DNA of 64,000 bases from an uncultured Thermococci archaeon (GCA_964595645.1 CAZQQT010000004.1:128001-192000); one strand, 5' to 3'. Shown: positions 9,730 to 20,637, counted from the stretch's first letter. Notes: generated by a model from the sequence alone, not told the origin. Made by a program: numbers and translations.

Positions 9730-10455
9730 ATGGATAGACTGACAATCGTGAAACGATTAGGCTCGTTGAGAACGGCTGTATTCACGCTTTCACAGATCTC
9801 TGCACTTTTTGATAAACCAATTGAGAGTACGAGAGTCTTACTGAGCAGGTTGGTGAAAGATGATGTACTTGTGAGGGTGAAACGTGGGCATTACTGTGTA
9901 CCGTCTACACCTGTCTTGAGCATTGCATCGAGTATCTACGTTCCTTCGTACGTATCTCTATGGGCTGCATTTGAGTATTACGGAACAACCACCCAGACAC
10001 CCCAGATTATCGATACTGTAAATACAGAGAAGTCCGGTAAAAGAGAATTATCTGTAGAGGAAGGAACGTTCACACTACGTTTTGTGAAAACCAATGAATC
10101 GTTTATGTACGGAATCAAAAAAGTATATCTCGATGGAAAAACAACGTTTATAGCCGAGAAAGAAAAGGCAATCATTGACGGATTGCTTTTTCATAATTAC
10201 GTTCCGTTAGAAGAGGTTATCGAAGCGATAAGGAATGGAATCGATAGGGAAAGAGCAATAACGTATGCGAATATGTGTGGAAAACAAGTGGTGATGAAAC
10301 GTCTTGGTTACCTAGTAGATCGGGAGGGAGAGGGATGTGATCCTGGAGAGTTCGGTAAGTTATCCGATACATACGTACCCTTGGACCCATCGTTTCCTCG
10401 AAGAGGATCGTATGATTCAACATGGCGTATTATTGATAATAGGAGGAAAAGATGA
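9730..10455 (+). CDS. abiEi: AbiEi-family antitoxin (type IV TA)
   Basis: wHTH ...LSRLVKDDVLVRVKRGHY; PSYVSLWAAFEYYG; EKAIID; KRLGYL; WRIIDN. Confidence 0.85.
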   Translation: MDRLTIVKRLGSLRTAVFTLSQISALFDKPIESTRVLLSRLVKDDVLVRVKRGHYCVPSTPVLSIASSIYVPSYVSLWAAFEYYGTTTQTPQIIDTVNTEKSGKRELSVEEGTFTLRFVKTNESFMYGIKKVYLDGKTTFIAEKEKAIIDGLLFHNYVPLEEVIEAIRNGIDRERAITYANMCGKQVVMKRLGYLVDREGEGCDPGEFGKLSDTYVPLDPSFPRRGSYDSTWRIIDNRRKR

Positions 10456-11222
10456 ATAGAGAGGAATTGAAATCGTATGTAGGAACGACGGCGTTTTCGC
10501 TTGGTCACGTGGAAAAGGACTACTTCCAGCATATCGTGTTGGGAGCGCTTTCACGGAAATGGAGTGCGGATCTTATCTTCAAGGGGGGAACAGCATTGCA
10601 AAAGATCGGAGTGATACCACGATTCAGTGAAGACCTAGATTTCACTGAGGAAACAGACATTTTTCCAAAAAATCTTGCCGATACGGTAGTAAGAACTATT
10701 GAATCCTATAATTACCCAGTTGAAGTCGACAAGTTCACTGATGAAAGAAGAACAGCAGGATTTAGGGTGAAAATACGAGGTCCACTGTACAGAAACAAGA
10801 GGGGTGTATGTTCCATCCGGGTAGAGATCAGTAGAAGGGAGAAGGTGGTGTTGAAGCCGCTGTCAGAAGAGATCGATCCACCCTACAAAGATGTCCTCCC
10901 ATATGTAATACAAGTAATGAGGAAAGACGAGATACTCGCAGAAAAAGTCCGTGCGATAATGACCAGAGACAACGTGAGAGATCTTTATGACATCTATAAA
11001 TTGATAAAGAGCGGAGCAACATTCAGAAAAGAGTTAATAGATAAAAAACTTGAATATTACGGGATGGAGTTCGATACGGCAGCATCTATTGAACGGTGTA
11101 AGGAAGTGAGCAGAAGATGGAACGACGACCTCAGCAGTGTAATGGAACATGTCCCTCCCATGGACGTGGCGTTGGACACAGTGATCGATAAAATCTATAC
11201 ACGAGGGGAAGATAGATATTGA
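10452..11222 (+). CDS. abiEii: AbiEii nucleotidyltransferase toxin
   Basis: EKDY, FKGGTAL, RFSEDLDF, AEKVRA and RDLYD motifs. Confidence 0.9.
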   Translation: MNREELKSYVGTTAFSLGHVEKDYFQHIVLGALSRKWSADLIFKGGTALQKIGVIPRFSEDLDFTEETDIFPKNLADTVVRTIESYNYPVEVDKFTDERRTAGFRVKIRGPLYRNKRGVCSIRVEISRREKVVLKPLSEEIDPPYKDVLPYVIQVMRKDEILAEKVRAIMTRDNVRDLYDIYKLIKSGATFRKELIDKKLEYYGMEFDTAASIERCKEVSRRWNDDLSSVMEHVPPMDVALDTVIDKIYTRGEDRY

Positions 11223-11440
11223 CGTTCCCAAAATCTGTGTTGTAGAGATGGCGGCAGCTGTAAAAAGACTTGGCGATGAGGACCTGGCAATGAAAATTTC
11301 TAAAAAGATTGAAAATAAAGTAAAATCAGGTTTTTGATAATATCTCATATATAAAAGAATCGTACAAGAAATACATGGATGAAATGACAGATACCGTTAT
11401 TAACATGTGGTGAATATTGTAACCAAGAGATTTCCCTGCT

Positions 11441-11610
11441 ATGAGCAAACGAATCCCTGTCTCCGAAAAACGATGGAAGGAGTTGTCTAATATAGAGGAA
11501 AATCCGAATGTATACCCTTTGATGGGGTAGAATAATATCGTATGAGGTTCGTATCTCTGAAAAAGTTCAAGCGTTTCTCCATGTACAAGGCAATCATTCC
11601 GGCGGTAGAA
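11441..11610 (+). pseudogene. RelBE-like relic
   Basis: MSKRIPVSEKRWKEL (antitoxin start), then SYEVRISEKVQAFL (RelE start); both truncated. Confidence 0.4.
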
Positions 11611-11649
11611 GTGATATATTTTTATGTGAAGACATCGTAGAGTAATCAT

Positions 11650-11871
11650 ATGAAATTAGTTGAGAAAGAGAGACTTCTGAAAATCATTGTCGATAGATGT
11701 AAAAAAAAGATCGGAGAAGATCTTGTGAGCATCATTCTTTTTGGATCCTTGGCAAGGGGAGATTTTGATGGACGATCAGATATAGATTTACTTATAGTAA
11801 TGGAAAATGATAGAAAGGAGGATATACTCAAGGACATAAGGCTCGAGTTCCTCAACGGTATTACAGTATAA
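11650..11871 (+). pseudogene. Truncated MNT
   Basis: ILFGSLARGDFDGRSDIDLLIV; only 73 aa and no partner HEPN. Confidence 0.7.
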
Positions 11872-11932
11872 GAACTATTTCCTTAAAGAAGGAAAAATAT
11901 GGCTTTTACTACGAACGGTGAACATCGCTTCA

Positions 11933-12102
11933 TCACGGGATGAATTCGACAACTTTTTCTTTTTCATTAAAACAGATCGTAAATTGTGTGAAGATATCTT
12001 TTCTTCCAATAATATTGAATCCTATACCGAGTTGTCTCGAGAATCCAATTGTGGTGGAAAATGTCTTTTCTGCAAGTTGGACTGTACGTACGAAAACTTC
12101 AT
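11933..12102 (-). pseudogene. Retropepsin-like aspartic protease remnant (catalytic N-terminal half deleted)
   Basis: MKFSY start overlaps the DUF5678 stop; another frame gives IGFSRQLGIGFNIIGRKDIFTQFTICFNEKEK. Confidence 0.5.
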
Positions 12103-12305
12103 AAGAGCGTCACTGTCTCCTCTTCTCGTGGTACATAGGTGATAGACACTTCTTTTTCAGGGTACTTCTCCTTCGCTTTTTTGAAGACCTCATTTTCACT
12201 ATCTCCAATAGCCACCAGCTCACTCCCCACAATTGCAATGTACTTTCCCGGATACTTTTCCGACCACTGTTGCGAATGGTTCAACAGATATTCATGTGCC
12301 TCCAT
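12099..12305 (-). CDS. DUF5678 family protein
   Basis: EKYPGKYIAIVGSELVAIGDSENEVFKKAKEKYP. Confidence 0.75.
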   Translation of the reverse strand: MEAHEYLLNHSQQWSEKYPGKYIAIVGSELVAIGDSENEVFKKAKEKYPEKEVSITYVPREEETVTLL

Positions 12306-12559
12306 ACGTAATAGGTTGGTCTCTATGCTTATATATCTTTTCATTCGTTCTGTTGCTGCATACGTGAGATCAGATATGTGGGTGTTCCTCTCTCACTGCA
12401 ATGTAGAGATCTGGGTTGTATCTTCATTTTGCAAGAACACATAGAGGAGCCAGGGGAAAAATAGATGGTCTTTGAGGCATCCCTAGTGAATACTGTTAAT
12501 GTAGTAGAAATTACTGATACAATGATCGTCACTCTCGTGAAAAAAAGAAAAAAAGAGAG

Positions 12560-12733
12560 CTATATTTTCGCAATGAAAAAGCAGAACACTCCTGCGAGGA
12601 TCAGGACAATGCCAATGGCTCCTTCGAACACTGTCACTAGTTCCTCCCACCATCCTAACCCCTGCGGGATCAGGGTGTAGAGCCCTACTGCAATCAAGAC
12701 AATGCCAATCAGTACCCATACTAGCTTATGCAT
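12560..12733 (-). CDS. 57-aa two-TM small protein (below the ORF-track cutoff)
   Basis: MHKLVWVLIGIVLIAVGLYTLIPQGLGWWEELVTVFEGAIGIVLILAGVFCFFIAKI; the paralogous 3' half at 52089-52178 keeps the frame. Confidence 0.7.
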   Translation of the reverse strand: MHKLVWVLIGIVLIAVGLYTLIPQGLGWWEELVTVFEGAIGIVLILAGVFCFFIAKI

Positions 12734-13038
12734 GATATCACTCGTGCTCCCTTCGTCTTCGGTATATTTATACCTTTTGCTCTTCCCACAGTTCCATCTT
12801 CAAATGTGGAAATATCGTGGTATATTGGAAAGTACGAGGAATGGAGAAAAAGTTTTTAAAGTCAGCCGGATAGATGATCGGGAAGAAGAGTAATAGAGAG
12901 GGGACCACGATCTCAATTGACGGAAGGATGAGAGGCGGACGTGGTCTGGGTAGTTGAAGGTATACACAGAACTGTCCTTTTTGAAGAAGTACGTGAAAAA
13001 TCGTGCAAAGATTTGTTAAGGTGAGAGAAGAATAAGCA

Positions 13039-13158
13039 ATGATCTGTATGAAAACAAGGGCGATCTATGAAAAGGGAACATTGCCATTATTAGAGAAGGT
13101 AGAGTTGGAAGAGGGTGAGAAGGTAGAAATCGAGTTTAAAAAGCAAAGAAAAAGATGA
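13039..13158 (+). pseudogene. DUF104 (AF2212-like) antitoxin, truncated, followed by a PIN relic (~13260-13420)
   Basis: RAIYEKGTLPLLEKVELEEGEKVEI; downstream VETSVLITFLRG. Confidence 0.55.
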
Positions 13159-13450
13159 TAAAAAAGATATTTTGAAATACGCGGGGATATTAAAAAATTT
13201 AAATGGAAAAGAAGAAAAATTGTTTCTAGACGCAGTAAAAAGAAGAAATTTTTTTGAGGAAACGTTGAAACAAGTGTTCTCATTACCTTCTTAAGGGGGA
13301 AAAGAACGTGCTTACCCCAAAGTATAGTGGTCATCGCATCATATCATAGTACGACTTCGCGTTGACGTATCGGAGAAATAAAATTAGATTTCTGGGGAAT
13401 AGATAGAGTAATAAAGAACAAAAACCATAAATGCATTATAGGGTGATCAG

Positions 13451-13751
13451 ACGGACATCGATGAAATCAATCATGAGATCATTAAAAAATGTATTCAAGA
13501 AGATAGATTTATTATTTCAAATCACGCAAGGGTGAGAATGTTCCAGAGAAATATATCCACAGACAATATTAAAGACCTTATAGAAAAGGGAGAAATAATT
13601 GAAGAGTATCCAGAAGATGAGCATGCCCCTCTGCGTTCACACCTGAATAAAAATCCTTATCTCTCAATGTGAAGATCATATAAGAATAGTAACCGTGTAT
13701 CATCCAGACAAAAATAAATGGATAGAGTATAAAGTAAGGAGGGATAAATAA
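13451..13751 (+). pseudogene. DUF4258 toxin-like gene, start lost and frameshifted
   Basis: ISNHARVRMFQRNIS...GEIIEEYPED...CEDHIRIVTVYHPDKNKW; ACG where ATG is expected after a GGTGAT RBS. Confidence 0.7.
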
Positions 13752-14005
13752 TGAAACCAGAAAAATGTAGTTTTTGTAAAGGAAAGCTGTCCAAAGGGAA
13801 GACTGAGTTTGTTGCCAAAGTAGGAAAGGAAGTGATCTCCATCAACGATGTTCCAGCTTACATCTGTGAGGACTGCGGAGAGGCATATTACTCACCAGAA
13901 ATTTCAAGAAAAATAGACACAATCATGAAAGAGTTCCATGAGGGCAGACTCTTGGCACACCCTATAGCTGCTGGTGAGATCGATCTTGAGAATGTTAGTG
14001 TGTAA
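13751..14005 (+). CDS. YgiT/MqsA-type zinc-finger protein
   Basis: CSFCKG...VPAYICEDCGEAYY. Confidence 0.85.
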   Translation: MKPEKCSFCKGKLSKGKTEFVAKVGKEVISINDVPAYICEDCGEAYYSPEISRKIDTIMKEFHEGRLLAHPIAAGEIDLENVSV

Positions 14006-14268
14006 ATCGTATGGTATACTCTGGCACATGGAACGATACAGGGTGCACGAACATGAAGAGTGCGTATTCTCATGGTACACGGGATGAACATCCCATGACC
14101 CAAAAAATAGAGAAACTGCTGAGGGATAATACTAGATTACTCAAAAGATAGAGAGATCATCTTCGTGAATCCATGTACGAATATATCTGGAGATATATGA
14201 TGTGCAGGTAGAACTAATAGGCGTGTGGTCTGGGTAGTGGTTTTTTTCTATCAAAAGGAGGATAACAC

Positions 14269-14700
14269 ATGCGGCGAATCGTGGTACTCTGTGTCTGTCT
14301 GTCACTTCTCACCCTGCTCATGGGGTACTACGCGCTCACTTACGAGGAACACAAGGAGTACCCCACGAATGAAGAGGTGGTGAGAGGTGTCGAAGGAACG
14401 GTGTCCATTGGCGGCGTGGTGATCGGGGCTGAGACGATACGTATCGAGTACGGATCCAGCGAAAAGGAGATCATCGTCCACTCGGATGACGCGATGAACA
14501 AGGGGGACTTCGTGGAGATCCTCGGTGTGCTCCACGGCAACGAGATCGTTCCCGAGAAGATCATTGTGTATGAGAAATGGTCGTACTACGGTATCTTCAT
14601 TCGTTCTGCTATCGTAATCCCGATCATGCTGTACCTATTTTTCCGATACTGGATCTTCGATACAGCCGAAATGATCATCAGGAGGCGGGAGCATGCCTGA
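14269..14700 (+). CDS. Membrane protein with an OB-fold-like periplasmic segment
   Basis: N- and C-terminal TMs; KGDFVEILGVL. Confidence 0.65.
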   Translation: MRRIVVLCVCLSLLTLLMGYYALTYEEHKEYPTNEEVVRGVEGTVSIGGVVIGAETIRIEYGSSEKEIIVHSDDAMNKGDFVEILGVLHGNEIVPEKIIVYEKWSYYGIFIRSAIVIPIMLYLFFRYWIFDTAEMIIRRREHA

Positions 14701-15160
14701 CTGGCTCGCTCATCTCGCCTTCGCCTACATCCTCTGCAGGATCCTCAGGTATAGATTTCCCTTTGACACGCATCGAACGATGCTCGTGATGGTGGGGTCC
14801 TTGATCCCCGATCTGGTAAAAATCGAACTGCTTTTTGATTTTTTTGGGATAGAGATGGAGTTCCTCACACCGCTGCATACACCCATCGGCTCGGTCCTTT
14901 CTGCGGCAATTGTTGCATCCTTGTTCTCCGAGATGATGCTCACCTTCTCCCTCTTCCTTCTCGGCGCTGCAACGCATTTAGGACTCGATCTCCTCATGGG
15001 GCATGTGGAGGGAGGGATACATCTACTGTTCCCATTCAGCTGGGACACATATCAGCTCGGGATCATTCAGTGTGACGAGTGGAGGCTCACAGTTGTGTTA
15101 GTTGTTGTTGCACTCGGAATTTTCCTCGTAGAGAGGTACATGCATAGTAAAGAATCGTAG
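14693..15160 (+). CDS. Metal-dependent membrane hydrolase (YdjM-like)
   Basis: AH, GSLIPD, LHT, THLGLD and G..LLFPF motifs. Confidence 0.8.
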   Translation: MPDWLAHLAFAYILCRILRYRFPFDTHRTMLVMVGSLIPDLVKIELLFDFFGIEMEFLTPLHTPIGSVLSAAIVASLFSEMMLTFSLFLLGAATHLGLDLLMGHVEGGIHLLFPFSWDTYQLGIIQCDEWRLTVVLVVVALGIFLVERYMHSKES

Positions 15161-15196
15161 AAGAGAAGTACTATGAAATTCGTTAAAAGCTAAAAT

Positions 15197-16117
15197 ATGG
15201 TGATGAATATGAGAATGCTCGTGACAGGAGGCGCAGGGTTCATCGGGAGTAACCTGGTGGATCTGCTCGTAGAGAAAGGACACGATGTTGTGGTGGTCGA
15301 CAATCTCCACACCGGAGCGAAAGAGAATATTCGAGAGTTTAAAAAAGATATAGAGCTCATTCACAAGGACTGTGGAGACGTGACATCGGAAGAAGTTGAT
15401 GAGATTGACGGAATCTTCCATATGGGGATCTACTCTTCTTCCCCAATGTACTGGGAGGATCCCTCGCTCGTTGGGGAAGCAGTCAACGACTTCCTGCACA
15501 TGCTGGATCTAGCTCGAGAAAAGAACGTGAAGATGGTCTGGGCGTCCAGTTCCTCCATTTACAACGGGAACCCCACGCCGTGGAGAGAGGATATGCCTAT
15601 TTATGTGAAGGATTACTACACGGAGGCACGGTACTCCATGGAACGGCTCGCTAAACTCCACTACGACTGGCACGGAACGGAGACGATCGCACTCCGGTTC
15701 TTCTCCGTGTACGGACCGAAGGAAAAGGCGAAGGGACGGTACGCGAACTTGGTGTCACAGTTCTTATGGAAAATGCAGGAGGGAGATACGCCGGTGATCT
15801 ACGGCGACGGTACGCAGACACGGGATTTCACGTACGTCGACGATGTCACAGAGGCCATTCTCGCCGCGTTCAATGCGGAAATCGAACACGATATCTTCAA
15901 TGTCGGCACGGGCGAATGCTACAGTCTTAACAAGCTCGTGGAGATTCTCAACGAGATACTGGAAACTGATATCACACCAAAGTACGTGGAGAACCCGATA
16001 AAGGGATACGTGCAGGAAACACTGACAGACACGACCAAGGCGAAAAAGGAGCTGGGGTTTGAGGCGTCGATAGGGCTGAGAGAAGGGATAGGAAAGTTGG
16101 TTGATGAAGGAGAGTAA
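15197..16117 (+). CDS. NAD-dependent sugar epimerase/dehydratase
   Basis: [15 protein letters not shown] and GDGTQTRDF motifs. Confidence 0.9.
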   Translation: MVMNMRMLVTGGAGFIGSNLVDLLVEKGHDVVVVDNLHTGAKENIREFKKDIELIHKDCGDVTSEEVDEIDGIFHMGIYSSSPMYWEDPSLVGEAVNDFLHMLDLAREKNVKMVWASSSSIYNGNPTPWREDMPIYVKDYYTEARYSMERLAKLHYDWHGTETIALRFFSVYGPKEKAKGRYANLVSQFLWKMQEGDTPVIYGDGTQTRDFTYVDDVTEAILAAFNAEIEHDIFNVGTGECYSLNKLVEILNEILETDITPKYVENPIKGYVQETLTDTTKAKKELGFEASIGLREGIGKLVDEGE

Positions 16118-16119
16118 CA

Positions 16120-17370
16120 ATGAACATCTCAATTATTGGCACAGGTTACGTTGGGCTCGTGACAGGAGCCTGCCTCGCCAGCCTTGGCCATACCGTGACC
16201 TGCGTGGATATCGTACAGGAAAAAGTAGATCGTATCAATAACAAACAGCCACCTATTTATGAAGGGGGGCTGGAAGAGATATTACAGGAGACGGTGGGAA
16301 CAAGGCTGTCAGCCACCACAGACCTCAAAAAAGCGGTACTTAACTCTGACATCACATTCATCTGTGTGGGGACGCCCTCAAAGGAAGATGGATCCATCGA
16401 TTTGATGTATATAAAAAAAGCCGCAAGGCAAATAGGCACGGCCCTCAAAGAGAAAGAGGAGTACCATCTGGTGGTAGTAAAATCCACCGTTATTCCTGGA
16501 ACAACAGAAAAAATAAAAGAAATTATAGAAAAATCCTCAGGAAACCAACACTTCGGCATCTGTATGAACCCCGAGTTTCTTAGGGAGGGAAAAGCAGTCC
16601 ACGATTTTATGCATCCCGATCGGATTGTAATCGGTGTCGACGAGAAAAAAAGCGGCGATATGCTCGACAAATTGTACAAAAATTTTTCATGCCCAATCCT
16701 CCGCGTTGATATACGAACGGCAGAGATGATAAAGTACACGTCCAACGCGTTTCTCGCAACGAAAATCTCCTTTATCAATGAGATCGGGAATATCTGTAAG
16801 AAATTAGGCATCGACGTGTACGATGTCGCCGAAGGGATGGGGTTAGACACACGGATCTCGCCGAAGTTCTTACGGGCGGGCTGTGGGTTTGGCGGCTCGT
16901 GTTTTCCCAAGGACGTGAAGGCACTGATTGCCAAAGCGATGGAGCTGACCTACGATCCCACGCTCCTCGAAAGTGTGATGAAGGTAAACGAGCGGCAGCC
17001 GCTACAAATGATTGAGCTGCTGAAAAATAAGCTAGGAGATGTAGAAAACAAAAATATCGGCGTACTGGGGCTTGCCTTTAAGCCCGAGAGCGACGATATT
17101 AGAGAGTCCCGTGCGATCCCGATCATTCAGGGGCTAATAGAAGAAAACGCGAATGTCTACGCGTACGATCCAAAAGCAATGGGACACATGAAGGAACGCT
17201 TCCCAGAAGTAAGGTATGAAGACAATGCTCAGTCCGTGATAGACAAAACTGAGGCCGTGTTACTAGTCACAGCATGGCAGGAGTTTAAAAATCTCAACTA
17301 TAACAATAAACTGGTGATCGACGGTAGAAAGATTCTCGAAGGAAACAACTACGAGGGGATATGTTGGTGA
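16120..17370 (+). CDS. ugd: UDP-glucose 6-dehydrogenase (AglM-like)
   Basis: GTGYVG, NPEFLREG and GFGGSCFPKD motifs. Confidence 0.92.
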   Translation: MNISIIGTGYVGLVTGACLASLGHTVTCVDIVQEKVDRINNKQPPIYEGGLEEILQETVGTRLSATTDLKKAVLNSDITFICVGTPSKEDGSIDLMYIKKAARQIGTALKEKEEYHLVVVKSTVIPGTTEKIKEIIEKSSGNQHFGICMNPEFLREGKAVHDFMHPDRIVIGVDEKKSGDMLDKLYKNFSCPILRVDIRTAEMIKYTSNAFLATKISFINEIGNICKKLGIDVYDVAEGMGLDTRISPKFLRAGCGFGGSCFPKDVKALIAKAMELTYDPTLLESVMKVNERQPLQMIELLKNKLGDVENKNIGVLGLAFKPESDDIRESRAIPIIQGLIEENANVYAYDPKAMGHMKERFPEVRYEDNAQSVIDKTEAVLLVTAWQEFKNLNYNNKLVIDGRKILEGNNYEGICW

Positions 17371-17374
17371 TCAC

Positions 17375-18154
17375 ATGGTGAAGAAAGGAGTAATTCTCGC
17401 GGCTGGCGAGGGAACACGGCTGCGGCCTATCACGAAAGCGATTCCGAAGGAGATGATTCGAGTCGGAAAAAAACCGACGATAGGGCACGTGGTTGAAGTA
17501 CTACGGCATGGGGGGGTAGAGGAAGTGTTGGTGATCGTGGGAAGAAAGAAACACGCCATCATCGATTATCTGGGATCAGGGGATGAGTTTGGTATCGATG
17601 TGTACTATCGAGTCCAAGAAGAACCGAAGGGTACGGCCCACGCCACTGCCCTAGCCGAAACGTTCATCGATCACGACGACTTTGCCCTGATCTATGGGGA
17701 CAACTACATCTCGCCGTACAACGTGATGAAAGAAATTGTTGCTTTTCATAAGCAAAAAAACGGTGCGGGGACTTTGGTCTTGAACCCTGTCAACGATCCT
17801 CGCCGTTTTGGGGTGGTAAACCTCGATGATGAGAACAAAGTACGTGGAATCATAGAGAAACCCACCTTGAAAGAGGCCCAACCGTACAAACGGAACGATC
17901 ACTGGCTGAATATCGCTGGGTTGATGATACTCTCATCCAAGATATTTACGTATATACGAAAAGTGGAGCCGGGGAAAAACAACGAACTCTGGCTCACAGA
18001 CGCCATTGAGCTGATGAGAAAGAATAAAAATGACCTCTACGGCTATATCTATAAAGGGAAACGGTACGATATCGGGACCTTTGAGTCGCTGAAAAAAGCT
18101 GATGAGCTTGAGTTAGAAAGAAGAAAGGAAAATTCTAAAAACAAGAAAGAATAG
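17375..18154 (+). CDS. Sugar-1-phosphate nucleotidyltransferase
   Basis: ILAAGEGTRLRPIT..PK; QEEPKGTAHA; EKP. Confidence 0.88.
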   Translation: MVKKGVILAAGEGTRLRPITKAIPKEMIRVGKKPTIGHVVEVLRHGGVEEVLVIVGRKKHAIIDYLGSGDEFGIDVYYRVQEEPKGTAHATALAETFIDHDDFALIYGDNYISPYNVMKEIVAFHKQKNGAGTLVLNPVNDPRRFGVVNLDDENKVRGIIEKPTLKEAQPYKRNDHWLNIAGLMILSSKIFTYIRKVEPGKNNELWLTDAIELMRKNKNDLYGYIYKGKRYDIGTFESLKKADELELERRKENSKNKKE

Positions 18155-18165
18155 GTGCTGAAAAT

Positions 18166-19131
18166 ATGACAACAACACTTGTCACTGGTTCTGCGGGTTT
18201 TATTGGGTTCCATGTTGCGAGAGCTTTATTGGAGAAAGACGAACAAGTTGTAGGGATCGATAATGTAAACGATTATTATTCTCAGAGATTGAAGTGGGAT
18301 AGGAATTCAATATTGGAAGAATGCAATGAGTACAAGTTTTATCATGAGGATCTTTGTGATTTGAACAAATTGGAAAATATTTTTGACAAACATAGTATAG
18401 ATAGGATATGTCATCTCGCTGCGCAGGCAGGCGTACGCTACTCTGTAGAAAATCCTCACGCATATCAGAAGTCCAATTTGGAAGGATTTACTAATGTGTT
18501 GGAGATGGCAAGATATAGTGATGTAAAGAATTTTGTGTATGCTTCTTCTTCCTCCGTGTATGGCGGCAATGAAAAGATTCCTTATTCGGTCGAGGATGAC
18601 GTTACAAAACCTGTCTCGTATTACGCTGCTACAAAGGTTGCGAACGAGGTAATGGCTCATTCGTACAGTCATCTGTACGATCTACCCTGCACAGGGCTAC
18701 GGTTCTTCACTGTCTATGGACCGTGGGGGAGACCAGACATGGCTTTGTTCAAATTCACGGACAGGATCGTAAATGGAAAATCCATTGACGTGTACAACTA
18801 CGGTGATATGAAAAGGGATTTTACCTATATCGACGATATTGTAGAAGGTGTTATTTCCTCGCTAAACAAGGCGTTTGATTATGAAATATTTAATCTAGGA
18901 AACAATACTCCTATAGATTTGATGGATTTTATTGGAATGTTAGAAGATACAGTGGGGATGGAAGCTGAGAAGAACATGATGCCGATGCAGCCTGGAGATA
19001 TGAAGATCACCTACGCCGATATTTCAACATCGCAAGAAAAACTGGGGTATGAACCTAAAACTGATTTGAAAGAAGGTACCAAAAAATTTGTAGAGTGGTA
19101 TATGGATTATTATAACGTAAGGTTGAGGTGA
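18166..19131 (+). CDS. UDP-glucuronate 4-epimerase-like SDR
   Basis: HLAAQAGVRYS, YAATK and YGPWGRPDMA motifs. Confidence 0.88.
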   Translation: MTTTLVTGSAGFIGFHVARALLEKDEQVVGIDNVNDYYSQRLKWDRNSILEECNEYKFYHEDLCDLNKLENIFDKHSIDRICHLAAQAGVRYSVENPHAYQKSNLEGFTNVLEMARYSDVKNFVYASSSSVYGGNEKIPYSVEDDVTKPVSYYAATKVANEVMAHSYSHLYDLPCTGLRFFTVYGPWGRPDMALFKFTDRIVNGKSIDVYNYGDMKRDFTYIDDIVEGVISSLNKAFDYEIFNLGNNTPIDLMDFIGMLEDTVGMEAEKNMMPMQPGDMKITYADISTSQEKLGYEPKTDLKEGTKKFVEWYMDYYNVRLR

Positions 19132-19134
19132 AAG

Positions 19135-20408
19135 ATGGTATTAAAAATGAAAAAGGAAATAGAAAGAGGCGAAGCTACAGTGTGCATAGTTGGGCTGGGC
19201 TATGTCGGGTTACCCCTCGCGGAGGCATTCTCCAATCACATAAGAACTATAGGAATAGATATAGATAAGAATAAGCTAAAAACTATAGAAAAAAATAATA
19301 AAAATTTAATCTGTACCTCGGATCCTTCACTGATAAAACAAGCAGATTTTATAATTATCACGGTACCAACACCAATAACGCAATCGAAAGAACCGGATTT
19401 ATCCTATGTAAAATCTGCAGCAACGACGGTAGGAAAAAATCTCAAAAAAGGTGCAACGGTGGTATTGGAATCGACCGTGTACCCTGGTGTAACTGAAGAA
19501 ATCGTTGTTCCTATTTTGGAGTGTGAATCGGGACTTGTATGTGGAAAGGACTTTAAAGTCGGATATTCTCCCGAAAGAATTAACCCTGGCGATGAAGATC
19601 ATACCTTAGACAAAATTACAAAAATCGTAGCAGGGATCGATGAAGACACAACGGAAACGCTAGCTGAACTATATGGGCTGATTACCGATGTCTATAAAGC
19701 TAAGGACATTAAAACAGCGGAAGCGGCAAAGGTGATGAGAATATCCAACGAGAATTGAATATTGCGTTGATGAATGAGTTCTCTCTCATATTCGACAAAA
19801 TGGGCTTAGATACAGATGCCGTGTTGGATGCTGCAGCGACAAAATGGAATTTTCATTGATATAGCCCTGGACTTGTAGGAGGGCATTGTATCCCTGTAGA
19901 TCCGTATTATCTAGTATATAAAGCGAAGGAAATTGATCACCGTCCCCAGCAGCTGATCCTCGCGGGTCGTTCCATCAACGATAACATACCCAACCACGTG
20001 GCGGACATGACTATCAAGGATCTGAACGAAACGGGTAAAGTGATCAAGGATTCTAAGGTCATCGTGATGGATCTTACCTATAAAGAGAATGTAGCTGATA
20101 CGAGGAAGTCTCCAGCTAAGGATCTGATAAAAGAGCTGAAGGCCTTCGATATCGATGTTTACGGCTACGATCCTCTACTGAGTGGGGAGGAAATCAAAAC
20201 CTTTGATGTGAAACCCTTGAGCAACATCAATAATCTAGATTTTGATGTGGACAGCTTTGTTTTCACTGTTTCACACAATGAGTTCAAAGATATATCAATA
20301 AATAACTTGAAAGCTTTGACTAATACTAACCTGTTGCTCATCGATGTACGAGGAATATTTTCGAAAGATGAGTCTGAAAAAAATGGGTTCATCTATAGAA
20401 CACTGTAG
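19135..20408 (+). pseudogene. UDP-N-acetylhexosamine dehydrogenase (WbpA/WbpO-like), frameshift plus stop
   Basis: GLGYVGLPLA and YSPERINPG; frameshift near 19735 into [14 protein letters not shown]; TGA at 19857-19859 before YSPGLVGGHCIPVDPYY. Confidence 0.85.
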
Positions 20409-20446
20409 GTACAGAATTACAAATGATCGAAAAGGGTGTATGAAAA

Positions 20447-20637
20447 AACAGACGTAGTTCGTGTACAAACAGCGTCTGTTACCTGACGGCGTTCGTGTAT
20501 GAATCACCTGACGTCATTCGTAATGAAATTGGGGATAACAAACGCTGTTCGTACAAAATATTTGGATGAGTCGATAAGGATTTTTTGATGTCTGGATAAG
20601 AAATCAGTTAACGGCAATTGGATTATGAACAGCGTTT
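20447..20637. repeat. Cluster of degenerate ACGNNGTTCGT motifs in direct and inverted orientation
   Basis: acctgacggcgttcgtgtatgaa (20481), acctgacgtcattcgtaatgaa (20506), aacagacgtagttcgtgtacaaa (20447), aaacgctgttcgta (20540) and inverted tatgaacagcgttt (20624). Confidence 0.55.
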
